Below, in pieces: positions 19,640-28,683 of a DNA stretch of 64,000 nucleotides. Origin of the DNA: Urbifossiella limnaea (lineage in GTDB: Bacteria > Planctomycetota > Planctomycetia > Gemmatales > Gemmataceae); assembly GCF_007747215.1 (NCBI RefSeq), contig NZ_CP036273.1, positions 1,160,322 through 1,224,321 on the forward strand, written 5' to 3'. Under the pieces are notes generated by a model. That model saw only the letters and a list, made by a program, of their open reading frames with translations. It ran no database searches and was not told where the DNA came from. Every line of letters begins with the position of its first letter. Position 1 is the first letter of the stretch. Position numbers and translations under genes: made by a program.

Positions 19640-21070
19640 ATGTCCGTCAAGAGCCTGCCGCTGTCCGCGCCGCTTCGCACTCCGGGGGCTGATGCCCCCG
19701 GCTCGGGGAAAGGCACCTTCGCGTTCGTCTCGTTGGGCTGCCCCAAGAACACCGTCGACTCCGAGCGGATGCTCGGCAAGCTCGCCACCGAGGGCTACGC
19801 CCTCCGCCCCGACGCCAGCGGCGCCGATGTCGTCGTCGTGAACACGTGCGGGTTCATCGAGTCGGCGCGGCAGGAGTCGCTCGGCGTCATCCGCGAGATG
19901 TTGGCGCTGAAGGACGCCGGCAAGCTCGGCGCCGTCGTCGTCGCCGGGTGCATGGCCGAGCGGCAGCGCGAGGTGCTGCTGGAGCAGGTGCCGGGCGTAG
20001 ATCAAATTCTCGGCGTGTTCGGCCGCGAGGAGATTGCCACCGTCGTGGACGCGGTGCAGGCCCGCCGCCGCGGCGGCGACGCCGACCTGTCGGCGCTCGA
20101 CCTGTTCCCGCCCGCGCCGGTGCGGGCGCTGGAGGACACGGCGCGCCTGCGGATCACGCCGCGGCACTTCGCGTACCTGAAGATCAGCGAGGGGTGCGAC
20201 CGCCTCTGCACCTACTGCGCCATCCCGAAGATGCGCGGCAAGCACGCCACCAAGCCGATCGAAGAAGTGCTGAAGGAGGCCCGCGAGCTCGCCGCCGACG
20301 GCGTCCGCGAGCTCATCGTCGTGGCCCAGGACACGACGTACTACGGCATGGACCTGTACGGCCGCACCCGCCTCGCCGACCTGATCCGCGAGTTGGGGAA
20401 GGTGGACGGCATCGAGTGGGTCCGCGTGCTGTACGCCTACCCCGAGCACTTCACCGACGAGGTCGTGGAGGCGCTGGCGACGACGGACAAGGTGATCCCG
20501 TACCTCGACATGCCGCTGCAACACATCAACGACCGCGTGCTGCGGCGCATGGTCCGCCGCGTGGACCGCGCCGCCACCGAGGCGCTGCTGGGGCGGCTGC
20601 GCAAGAACCTGCCGGACCTGGCGCTGCGGACGACGTTCATCGTCGGCTTCCCGGGCGAGACGGACGCCGAGTACGAGGAGCTGCGGCGGTTCGTCGCCGA
20701 CTTCGGGTTCGAGCGGCTCGGCGTGTTCCCGTACTCGCCGGAGCCGGACACGCCCGCGGCCAAGCTCGACGGCCACCTCCCCGACGACGTGAAGGCGGCG
20801 CGCGTGGCTGGCGTGATGGAGGCGCAGCAGGCGGTGGCCTTCCGCTGGGCCGAGGCGCAGGTGGGGCGCGACCACCCGGTAGTGATCGACGGCCCGGACC
20901 CGGAGTTCGCCAGCCACTTCCGCGGCCGCACCTACGCCGACTCGCCGGACATCGACTGCGCCGTGCGGGTGAAGGGGAAGGGGCTGCGGGCCGGCGACTT
21001 CGTGAAGGTGAAGGTGACCGCGGCCGACGGCTACGACCTGGCGGGGCGCGCGGTCGGGAAGCCGTGGTGA
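19640..21070 (+). CDS. rimO: ribosomal protein S12 methylthiotransferase RimO
   Basis: MTTase N-domain FVSLGCPKN..VNTCGF. Radical-SAM CxxxCxxC (ISEGCDRLCTYCAIP). TRAM C-terminus. 476 aa. Confidence 0.85.
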   Translation: MSVKSLPLSAPLRTPGADAPGSGKGTFAFVSLGCPKNTVDSERMLGKLATEGYALRPDASGADVVVVNTCGFIESARQESLGVIREMLALKDAGKLGAVVVAGCMAERQREVLLEQVPGVDQILGVFGREEIATVVDAVQARRRGGDADLSALDLFPPAPVRALEDTARLRITPRHFAYLKISEGCDRLCTYCAIPKMRGKHATKPIEEVLKEARELAADGVRELIVVAQDTTYYGMDLYGRTRLADLIRELGKVDGIEWVRVLYAYPEHFTDEVVEALATTDKVIPYLDMPLQHINDRVLRRMVRRVDRAATEALLGRLRKNLPDLALRTTFIVGFPGETDAEYEELRRFVADFGFERLGVFPYSPEPDTPAAKLDGHLPDDVKAARVAGVMEAQQAVAFRWAEAQVGRDHPVVIDGPDPEFASHFRGRTYADSPDIDCAVRVKGKGLRAGDFVKVKVTAADGYDLAGRAVGKPW

Positions 21071-21078
21071 TCGGGTTC

Positions 21079-21124
21079 CGCCGCTTGCGGCTTAGCGCTG
21101 CCCCGCGCTAAGCCGCAAGCGGCG
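21079..21124. repeat. palindromic repeat, family 3, copy B (convergent terminator position)
   Basis: CCGCTTGCGGCTTAGCGC-TGCCCC-GCGCTAAGCCGCAAGCGG between the rimO stop and the ctpA stop. Confidence 0.55.
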
Positions 21125-21142
21125 AAACCCCGAGCCATAACC

Positions 21143-22528
21143 CTACCGCGGCGCCCGCAGCACCTCGATCGCCTTCGCCAGCACCCGGTCCTCGAACGGC
21201 TTGCTCTCGTCCACCAGCGCCCGGCCGTCGGCGCCCTTCGGCATCGGCGCCGCCGCCGGGTTCGGCCCGACCACGTCCGGCCGACCTGCCACGTAGTCGA
21301 GCCGCCGCATCTCGACCGCGTACCGCAGCCGCTCCTCCTCCGCCGTCGGTACCTCCATCCTCGGGCTCGGCCGCACGCCCCAGTCGTCGGCCTCCTTCGC
21401 GTCCGGGTAGCGGTGGATGTTCTTGCCGTTCGGCCGCCAGTACGTCTCGGTCGTCAGCTTCACCGCCGCCGGCGGGTCGTTGTGCGGCAGCCGCAGCAGC
21501 TTCTGCACGCTCCCCTTGCCGTAGGTCCGCTCGCCCACCACCACCGCCCGGCCGTGGTCCTGCAGCGCCGCCGCCACGATCTCGCTGGCGCTGGCGCTGT
21601 TACGGTTCACCAGCACGGCGATCGGCCGCGGGTTGTCCGGCGTGGGCTGGAACAGCGTGCCCTCCTTCTTGCCGCCGAACACCCGCTCGCTGCCGCGGCG
21701 GTCCTTCGTGGACACGATCCGCACGTCCGGCAGGAAGGCGTCGGCCACGTCGATGGCCTGGTTCAGCAGGCCGCCGGGGTTGTCGCGCAGGTCGAGGATG
21801 AGGCCGCGGGCGCCGGCGGCCTCGATCTCGGTCACGGCCGCCCGCAACTCCTTCGTCGTCAGCTCGCTGAACGTGGCGATGCGGATCACGGCGATCTTCG
21901 CCTGCGGGTCGACGAACCACTCCCACTTCAGCGGGTCGGTCTTGCTCCGGGCCACGCCCATCACCGGGTGCATCTCGATCCGGCCGCGCGTCAGCGTGAC
22001 CGGGAACTCGCCCTTGCCGTCGCGCCGCATCGTCAGCGTCACGTTCGAGTTGATCGGCCCGGTGATCCGCTTCTTGGCCTGTTCGATCGACCAGCCCTCG
22101 GTGCTGTCGTTCTCCACCTTCACGATGATGTCCCCGGCCACGACGCCGGCGTTGTACGCGGGCGTGCCGGGCATCGGGTGATCGACCTTCAGCAGCTTCG
22201 ACTTGGCGTCGATGCCGAGCGAGATGCCGACGCCGCCGAAGCTCCCTTCGGTGGTGGACTCGAACTCGGCCAGCCGGGCGGCGTTGAAGTACTCGGAGTG
22301 CGGGTCGAGCTGGTGGAGGCCGCCGTCGATCATGTCCTCGACGAGCTTCTGGCGGTCGGCGTCGGACAGCTCGCGGACGTAACTGGCGTCCACCTCGGCG
22401 AGCACGTCGACGACCTGGCGGACGAGCTTGTAGTCCTTGTCGGGCGCCGGGGCGCTGTACCCGATGGCCAGGCCGATGGCCACGAACGCGGGCACGGCCA
22501 GGAGCCAGACGAGATTCCGCAGCGACAT
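21143..22528 (-). CDS. ctpA: carboxyl-terminal processing protease (S41A, PDZ-containing)
   Basis: N-terminal TM, PDZ (GSFGGVGISLG...GDIIVKV), catalytic LDLRDNPGG and TYGKGSVQ motifs. Confidence 0.85.
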   Translation of the reverse strand: MSLRNLVWLLAVPAFVAIGLAIGYSAPAPDKDYKLVRQVVDVLAEVDASYVRELSDADRQKLVEDMIDGGLHQLDPHSEYFNAARLAEFESTTEGSFGGVGISLGIDAKSKLLKVDHPMPGTPAYNAGVVAGDIIVKVENDSTEGWSIEQAKKRITGPINSNVTLTMRRDGKGEFPVTLTRGRIEMHPVMGVARSKTDPLKWEWFVDPQAKIAVIRIATFSELTTKELRAAVTEIEAAGARGLILDLRDNPGGLLNQAIDVADAFLPDVRIVSTKDRRGSERVFGGKKEGTLFQPTPDNPRPIAVLVNRNSASASEIVAAALQDHGRAVVVGERTYGKGSVQKLLRLPHNDPPAAVKLTTETYWRPNGKNIHRYPDAKEADDWGVRPSPRMEVPTAEEERLRYAVEMRRLDYVAGRPDVVGPNPAAAPMPKGADGRALVDESKPFEDRVLAKAIEVLRAPR

Positions 22529-22557
22529 GTTGTTGCGCCCGAGGGGTACTGGTCTTG

Positions 22558-22643
22558 GTGACGGGGTGACGGGGTGACGGGGTGACGGGGTGAGAAGAAT
22601 ACCCCGTCGTCACCCTTCACCCCTCACCCCGTCACCCCGTCAT
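22558..22643. repeat. tandem octamer (GTGACGGG)x4 array forming a hairpin with an inverted partial array
   Basis: GGGGTGACGGGGTGACGGGGTGACGGGG (four G4 tracts), loop TGAGAAGAAT, then CCCCGTCACCCCGTCA inverted copies. Lies 30 bp upstream of the ctpA start and about 190 bp upstream of the TIGR03000-like gene. Confidence 0.7.
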
Positions 22644-22828
22644 GCGACGCCGGTGAGCTGAACGTATCGATTATAGCCGTGCGCCCGGTCGGAAGGGAAC
22701 GGGCGCGCCGCCCTGGGTACTTGAGGACGTTTTCACTCAAGCCCGATTTGTCCGCCCACCCGGAGCCGTTTATCCTCGTTGTACAGGGGCCGCAGATTCC
22801 CCAGATTCCCCCGCACCGGGTGGCCGCG

Positions 22829-24022
22829 ATGTACAGCCTGGTCCTGATGACCGCCATGGCCGGGGGCGCCGACGCCCCGCAGTTCAACGGCTACTTCCGC
22901 GACCTGTTCAACGGCGGCAGCTGCAACGGGTGCGGCGGCGGGGCCGCCCGCTACAGCTGCTACGGCGGCGGGTGCTGCGGCGGCACCGAGTGCTGCGGCG
23001 GCGGGCACGCCATCTTCGGCGTCCGCGACCGCGTCCGCAGCTGGTGGAACGCCAACGGCTGTTGCGGCGGCACGACCGCCCTGGCCGGCTGCACCGGGTG
23101 CTGCGGCGGCACGACCGCCCTGGCCGGCTGCACCGGGTGCTGCGGCGGCACCGCGGCGTACAGCTGCTTCGGCGGGCCGGCCGTGTCGTACACGCCGGTC
23201 CTCAACGGCGGCCTGTCGTGTTACGGCGGCCCGGTGCCGTCCGCGCCGCCGCCGGTGTTCGGGCCGGCCCAGCCGTACGCGGCCCCGCCGGCGACCATCC
23301 CCTACGCCGACCCGCAGTCGGCCCCGGCCCCGGACCGCACCGGCTTCCGCCCGGCGGTCGCGTTCGGCCCGCCGACGGCGACGGTGTCCAACGGCAGCCG
23401 GGCGGCCATCGTGGTCCGCCTCCCGGCCGACGCCCGCCTGTACGCCGACGGCGTGCCGCTGCGGCTGACCGGCGCCGAGCGCCGCTTCACGACCCCCGAA
23501 CTGCCCGGCGGCATGGAGTTCACCTACCGCATGACCGCGGAGTACGACCGCAACGGCGAGGTGGTGTCGGTCACGAAGCGGGTGCCGGTGCGGGCCGGGG
23601 CGACGGAAACGGTCGAGTTCGCCGACCTGACCGCGGCCCGCCCGACGACCGGCGCCCCCGCCACGCCGGCGGCCAACCCGGCGGTGGCGGCCCCGGCCGT
23701 GCCGGTGTCGAACCCCGGTCCGACGGCCCCGGTTGCCCCGACGGCCCCGGTTGCCCCGACTGCTCCGACCGGCGGCGACGCCCGGGCCACGATCACGGTG
23801 AAGCTGCCGCCGGGCGCCGCGCTGTTCGTGGACAACAACCGCAACCCCTCGACCGAGTCGACGCGGCGGTTCACGACGCCGCCGCTGCCGGCGGGCCGGG
23901 AGTTCGCCTACCTGTTGCGGGTGGAGGTGACGCGGAACGGCCAGCCGGAGCAGCTGTCGCAGAAGGTGGCGTTCCGGGCCGGCGAACACACGGAAGTGGA
24001 CTTCAGCTCGCTGGGCCGGTGA
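22829..24022 (+). CDS. Cys/Gly-rich protein with two TIGR03000-like (Planctomycete-specific) domains
   Basis: N-terminal CGG-rich block with a 39-bp tandem duplication (CCGGTTALAGCTG x2). Two about 75-aa repeats (VVRLPADARLYADG...RRFTTPELPGG.EF.Y and ITVKLPPGAALFVDN...RRFTTPPLPAGREFAY). The alternative start at 22679 is not excluded. Confidence 0.6.
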   Translation: MYSLVLMTAMAGGADAPQFNGYFRDLFNGGSCNGCGGGAARYSCYGGGCCGGTECCGGGHAIFGVRDRVRSWWNANGCCGGTTALAGCTGCCGGTTALAGCTGCCGGTAAYSCFGGPAVSYTPVLNGGLSCYGGPVPSAPPPVFGPAQPYAAPPATIPYADPQSAPAPDRTGFRPAVAFGPPTATVSNGSRAAIVVRLPADARLYADGVPLRLTGAERRFTTPELPGGMEFTYRMTAEYDRNGEVVSVTKRVPVRAGATETVEFADLTAARPTTGAPATPAANPAVAAPAVPVSNPGPTAPVAPTAPVAPTAPTGGDARATITVKLPPGAALFVDNNRNPSTESTRRFTTPPLPAGREFAYLLRVEVTRNGQPEQLSQKVAFRAGEHTEVDFSSLGR

Positions 24023-24039
24023 CGCGGCGTGTGGCGAGC

Positions 24040-24076
24040 CGGCCACGCGGGGGGCGAGCCGGGGGCCGACGCCCCC
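24040..24076. terminator. GC-rich hairpin between convergent genes (putative bidirectional terminator)
   Basis: GCGAGCCGGGGG-CCGACG-CCCCCGGCTCGC followed by CTCATTTCC. Sits between the TIGR03000 gene stop and the scpB stop. Confidence 0.4.
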
Positions 24077-24084
24077 GGCTCGCC

Positions 24085-24732
24085 TCATTTCCGCTCGAAC
24101 ACCTCGGGCAAGTCCTTCAGCGTGTTGAGCCCGAACGCCTGGAGGAACTTCTTGGTGGTGCCGTACAGCTGCGGCCGGCCGAGCGAGTCGTGCCGGCCGG
24201 ACACGCGCACCAGCCCCTTCTCCATCAGCTGCCGCACCACCTCGCCGCACGACACGCCGCGCACCTGCTCCACCTCCGCCCGCATCACCGGCTGCCGGTA
24301 CGCGATCACCGCGAGCGTCTCCAGCGCCGCCGGCGTCAGCCGCAGGTCGTGGCCGGTGCGCCGCAGGCGCGCCAGCCACGGGGCCATCGTTGGCCGCGAC
24401 AGCAACTGGTAGCCGCCGGCGATCTCCGCGACCTCGAACGCGCTGCCGCCGGCGTCGAGGAAGCCCTTCAGCTTCTCGGCGAGGGCGCGCCCCTCCGCCG
24501 TGTCGGCGAGGCCGGCGGCGTCGGCGAGGCGGCGGGGGCTGAGCGGCTCGTCGGCGACCAGCAGCACCGCCTCGACGCGCGCCAGCTTGGCGTCGCGGGC
24601 CAGCGGGTCGTCGGGCGGCGCCTCAGTCGGTGCGGCGCGGAAGCGGAGGGAGGCGGGGCGCACGGCGTTGCCGGGCCGGGCCGAGAACGGCCGGCGGGCG
24701 GCGGACGCGAAGGACGGTGCGGACAGACGCAT
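24085..24732 (-). CDS. scpB: segregation and condensation protein B
   Basis: VEAVLLVADEPLSPRRLA...AGGYQL...LETLAVIAYRQPVMRAEVEQVRGV...LGRPQLYGTT matches ScpB winged-helix repeats. Confidence 0.75.
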   Translation of the reverse strand: MRLSAPSFASAARRPFSARPGNAVRPASLRFRAAPTEAPPDDPLARDAKLARVEAVLLVADEPLSPRRLADAAGLADTAEGRALAEKLKGFLDAGGSAFEVAEIAGGYQLLSRPTMAPWLARLRRTGHDLRLTPAALETLAVIAYRQPVMRAEVEQVRGVSCGEVVRQLMEKGLVRVSGRHDSLGRPQLYGTTKKFLQAFGLNTLKDLPEVFERK

Positions 24733-24817
24733 GGCGGCGCTGTGGGGCGTTCGGTACACTTCCGACATCCGGGCGGTAAAGTACCCGCCCCGCTGCCGTC
24801 GTGGAAGGCAGGTCGCC

Positions 24818-26035
24818 GTGCCCCCGTTCTGGTCCGAATACCTGCGCGAGCCCTGGAACCTCGTCGCCTTCGGCGTCACGGCCGCGGCCGCGGTGTTCGC
24901 GTTCATCAGCGGGTCGGCGTTCCTCGCCATCTGGGCCGAGCGCAAGGTCAGCGCCCGGATGCAGGACCGCCTCGGCCCCACCCGCGTCGGCCCGTTCGGG
25001 CTGCTGCAGTCCCTCGCCGACGGCATCAAGCTCATCTCGAAGGAGGACCACGCCCCGGCGGGCGCCGACCGCGTCCTGTTCCGGCTCGCCCCGTACCTGG
25101 CGTTCTGCGCCGCGTTCTGCGGGTACATCGCGCTGCCGTTCGGGGCCGGGCTCGTCGCCCACGAGCTGAGCGTGGGGGCGTTCTTCGTGCTGGCGGTGCT
25201 CAGCAGCGAGGTGTTCGGCGTGGTGCTGGCCGGGTACGCCTCCGCGAACAAGTGGTCGCTGTTCGGCGGCGTCCGCGAGGCGGCGCAGGTGGTGAGCTAC
25301 GAGGTGCCGCGGGCGCTGTGCGTGGTCGTGCCGGTGTGCGTGGTCGGCACCCTCAACCTGACCACGATGGGCAACCTGCAGGTCGGCTGGTTCTGGAACT
25401 GGACGGCGTTCCACGACCCGTTCACGTTCCTGGCGCTGGTGGTGTTCTTCATCACCGCGACGGCCAGCTGCAAGCGGGCCCCGTTCGACCTGGCGGAGGC
25501 CGAGAGCGAGCTGGTGGCCGGCTTCCTGACGGAGTACAGCGGGTTCCGCTGGTCGATCTTCTTCCTGGCCGAGTACGGCAGCATGTTCGCGGTGAGCGGC
25601 CTGGCGGCGCTCCTGTTCCTGGGCGGCTGGCACACCGGCCTCCTCCCGTTCGAGCCGGCCGCGGAATGGGGCTTCTGGTGGGGGAACCTGCTGAACCTGT
25701 CCGTGTTCACGGCGAAGTGCTGGGTCGGCGTGCTGGTGATGATGTGGCTGCGCTGGTCGCTGCCGCGGCTGCGGATCGACCAGGTCATGACGACGTGCCT
25801 GCAGTACTTCCTGCCGATGGCGTGCGCCCTGCTCATTGGCGTGTGCCTGTGGCAGCTCCTGGCGCCGCCGGGGCTGACGGCCGCGACGCGGTACGTGCTG
25901 AGCTTCGGGACGCTGGCCGTGGTGGTGCTGCTGGCGGTGAGCGTGCTGAAGCCGCCGGCGATGAGCGGCCCCGCGGGCCATCTACCGGGCGCGTGGGCCG
26001 GCCGGGCGACGCCGCTGACCGCGGGCCGGAAGTAG
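24818..26035 (+). CDS. nuoH: NADH-quinone oxidoreductase subunit H
   Basis: GTG start. AIWAERKVSARMQDRLGPTRVGPFGLLQSLADGIKL, a classic NuoH/ND1 N-terminus. Eight TM helices. No other nuo genes in the window. Confidence 0.85.
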   Translation: MPPFWSEYLREPWNLVAFGVTAAAAVFAFISGSAFLAIWAERKVSARMQDRLGPTRVGPFGLLQSLADGIKLISKEDHAPAGADRVLFRLAPYLAFCAAFCGYIALPFGAGLVAHELSVGAFFVLAVLSSEVFGVVLAGYASANKWSLFGGVREAAQVVSYEVPRALCVVVPVCVVGTLNLTTMGNLQVGWFWNWTAFHDPFTFLALVVFFITATASCKRAPFDLAEAESELVAGFLTEYSGFRWSIFFLAEYGSMFAVSGLAALLFLGGWHTGLLPFEPAAEWGFWWGNLLNLSVFTAKCWVGVLVMMWLRWSLPRLRIDQVMTTCLQYFLPMACALLIGVCLWQLLAPPGLTAATRYVLSFGTLAVVVLLAVSVLKPPAMSGPAGHLPGAWAGRATPLTAGRK

Positions 26036-26063
26036 CCGCACGAGCAGCCACGGGGATGATCCC

Positions 26064-26266
26064 CGGGTTTTCAGGCCGAAGGCCTGACAGCCCTCAGCCC
26101 AGGGCAACGCCCTGGGTACGCGGCGCGAACCACCCCGCAGGCTGAAGGCCTGCGAGCCGGCTCGCAGGCCTTCAGCCTGCACGGCATTTCGATCCCCGTA
26201 CCCAGGGCGGCGGTGCTTCGCACCTTGCCCTGGGCTGAGGGCTGTCAGGCCTTCGGCCTGAAAACC
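26064..26266. repeat. nested palindromic repeat element, family 1, copy B (about 203 bp)
   Basis: Same 41-bp terminal inverted arms as 1008-1170 (perfect here). Inner IR CGCCCTGGGTAC/GTACCCAGGGCG. Central 44-bp palindrome GCAGGCTGAAGGCCTGCGAGCCGGCTCGCAGGCCTTCAGCCTGC. Confidence 0.7.
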
Positions 26267-26303
26267 ATGCACTGACCCCACGCGGGTTGAGAAGCGCCGA
26301 CCC

Positions 26304-28628
26304 GTGAAGCCCTACCTGCTGCTCGCGCTCCTGTGGGCGCTCTACTTCCACCCGCTGCTCCTCCACCCCACGCAGACGCTGTTCGCCCCGTACTCCGACC
26401 TCCTCGCCGAGCACCTGCCCGCGCGGGTGTTCCTCGTCCGCGAGTGGCGCGCGACGGGGGAGTTGCCGCTGTGGAACCCGTACCACTTCTGCGGCTCGCC
26501 GTTCGTCCACGACATCCAGGTCGGCGCGTTCTACCCGCCGTACGCCGTCACGCTGCTGTTCCCCGAGTCGGCCGCCGGCGCCGTCATGAGTTGGGTGGTC
26601 GCGCTGCACGTCCTCGCGGCCGGCGGGTTCACGTTCTTCTACGCCCGCAGTAACGGCCTGGGTGAAGCGGGGAGCCTGGTCGCGGCGGTGGGGTGGATGT
26701 TCGCCGGGAAGTGGATCACGCACCTGCTTCTGGCCGGGCACACCATCACGATCGGACTGGCGTGGTTGCCGTTGGTGCTGGTCGGCCTCGAACGAGGCAC
26801 TCGCACGGGTGGCGTCGGCCCGGTGCTGGGGACGGGCGCGGCGCTGGCGCTGATGATCCTCGGCACGCACCCGCAGTGGACGTTCTACGCCGGCGTGTTC
26901 GCCGCCTTCTGGACCCTCCCGCTCGACCGCGCCGCGCTGCGCCGCTGGCTCCTGACCGGGGTGGGTGCTGTGGTCGTGGCGCTGGGGCTGACCGCGGTGC
27001 AACTGCTGCCGACGATTGAAGCCGCGGGGTTGTCGGCGCGACAGGCCGGGCTCACGTCGACGGAGGCGCTGCGCGTCGGCCTTCAGACGCTCACCGCGCT
27101 GGCCGGGCCGGGCGCGGCCTACGACCCGCCGGCGTCGTGGGAGGCCCGCGGGCTCGTCGGCCTGTACCTGCTCGCCGCGGCGCTCGTGGCCCCGACCCTC
27201 GGCGGGCCGCGGACGCGCTACCGCGCGTGGGTGCTGGCCGGGCTCGCCGTGTTCGGCCTCGGCGGCGCGGCGCTGGTGGACTGGCTCCCCGGCTTCAACC
27301 GGTTCCGCGTGCCGACACGAATGCTCTTGATCGCCGGCTTCCCGGTCGCCGTCCTCGCCGGCACCGCGACCGACGCCCTGGTCCGCGCGCAGTGGTCGGA
27401 GGCCGTTTTGGGCGTCGTCCGCCGACGGGTGTGGCTGGTGGTGGTGGTGGTCGCGCTGCCGGCCCTGCTGTGGGACTTCCCCGGCCTCCGACCCGGCCCG
27501 CGGTCGTGGGGGCGCGACGGGAGTTACTGGCTCGTCGCCGCGGGGCTGCTGCTGCCGGCCCTCGGGTGGTTCGCCGACACGCCGTCGCAGCGTACGTTCC
27601 GCTGGCTCGCGGTGCTCATCGGCGAGTCGTTCCTGCTCCTGCCCAACGTGGTCGTCCTGCCGCAGGCCACGATCTACCCGCCGACGCCGACGCTGGAGTA
27701 CGCCGCGACGCGGCTCGAACCCGGGGCAGGGCGGGTGATGGACTGGGACAGCGGCAGCGGTCCCGGCGACCGGCTGGCGGTGTTCGGCGGCGGGTCGCCG
27801 CTGCCGCTGGCCCGCGGGGTCGAGACGCCGCGCGGGTACAACCCGCTGGACGTGAAGCACTACCGGGAGTTCATCGGGTTCGTGGTCGGCGACCCGTCGC
27901 CGGTGGTCGGCATGAGTCCGGTCGCTCAGCCGGTGCTGCCGAACTTCGAGGTCGGTCACCCGCGGCTGTTCGACCTGCTGAACACCCGCTACCTGTCGGC
28001 CCCGGAGGCGCACCAGCCCGGACCGGGTTGGTCGGCGGTGACCGCCGACCCGGCCCCGCCGCTGATCCCCCCGCTCCCGCCGGACCCGCCCCCGCAGTTG
28101 TCGCCGCACGTTCTGTACGAACGGCCGTCGGCGTTCCCGCGGGCGTGGGTCGTGCCCGAGGCCCGGCCGATGCCACCCGCCGGCGCGTACGAGGCGCTCG
28201 TGAACACCGACCTCGGCCGCGTCGCGCTGCTCGCCACCGAGCGACACCTGCCGCCGCCCGCCGCATCGACGCCGGCCGCGCGAATCGCCGAGTACCGACC
28301 CAACCGCGTGCGCGTGAAACTGGCCGGCGACGGCGGCGGCTTCCTCGTGCTGGCCGACGTGTGGTACCCCGGCTGGGTGTGCCGCGTGGACGGCTCGGAA
28401 GTGCCGGTCGAGCGAGCCGACCACGCCTTCCGCGCCGTGCAGTTGCCCCCGGGGGCGAAGGAAGCCGTCTTCACCTTCGAGCCGCGGTCGTACCGGATCG
28501 GTTGGTGGGTGAGCGTGGCCGCGCTGGCGCTGGTCGGGGTGGCGGGTTTGTTCCGGCTGACCGTCAACCGTTCCCGCCGGTCGGGAGTTGTCACGCGTGC
28601 CGATTCGGTTTCCGGGCCGAGTGTGTGA
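26304..28628 (+). CDS. YfhO-like polytopic membrane protein (putative glycosyl/lipid transferase)
   Basis: N-terminal half has about 12 TM helices and a penultimate TM before a large C-terminal soluble domain. The architecture resembles the YfhO/ArnT-like superfamily. Family assignment is tentative. Confidence 0.6.
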   Translation: MKPYLLLALLWALYFHPLLLHPTQTLFAPYSDLLAEHLPARVFLVREWRATGELPLWNPYHFCGSPFVHDIQVGAFYPPYAVTLLFPESAAGAVMSWVVALHVLAAGGFTFFYARSNGLGEAGSLVAAVGWMFAGKWITHLLLAGHTITIGLAWLPLVLVGLERGTRTGGVGPVLGTGAALALMILGTHPQWTFYAGVFAAFWTLPLDRAALRRWLLTGVGAVVVALGLTAVQLLPTIEAAGLSARQAGLTSTEALRVGLQTLTALAGPGAAYDPPASWEARGLVGLYLLAAALVAPTLGGPRTRYRAWVLAGLAVFGLGGAALVDWLPGFNRFRVPTRMLLIAGFPVAVLAGTATDALVRAQWSEAVLGVVRRRVWLVVVVVALPALLWDFPGLRPGPRSWGRDGSYWLVAAGLLLPALGWFADTPSQRTFRWLAVLIGESFLLLPNVVVLPQATIYPPTPTLEYAATRLEPGAGRVMDWDSGSGPGDRLAVFGGGSPLPLARGVETPRGYNPLDVKHYREFIGFVVGDPSPVVGMSPVAQPVLPNFEVGHPRLFDLLNTRYLSAPEAHQPGPGWSAVTADPAPPLIPPLPPDPPPQLSPHVLYERPSAFPRAWVVPEARPMPPAGAYEALVNTDLGRVALLATERHLPPPAASTPAARIAEYRPNRVRVKLAGDGGGFLVLADVWYPGWVCRVDGSEVPVERADHAFRAVQLPPGAKEAVFTFEPRSYRIGWWVSVAALALVGVAGLFRLTVNRSRRSGVVTRADSVSGPSV

Positions 28629-28683
28629 CACGGACCCCCGGCGGCCGACGGCGGTCGGCTCGCCGGATGAATACACTTCCGCC

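Noticed and set aside
22558-22643. CRISPR array candidate (short direct repeats)
   Set aside because: Repeats are 8 bp with no spacers of unique sequence, and no cas genes are nearby. This is a simple tandem/G4 array.
22733-26145. 548-aa minus and 1071-aa plus ORFs across the TIGR03000, scpB and nuoH region
   Set aside because: Low-complexity Arg/Gly/Ala translations. The real genes on these coordinates are recognisable (scpB, nuoH).
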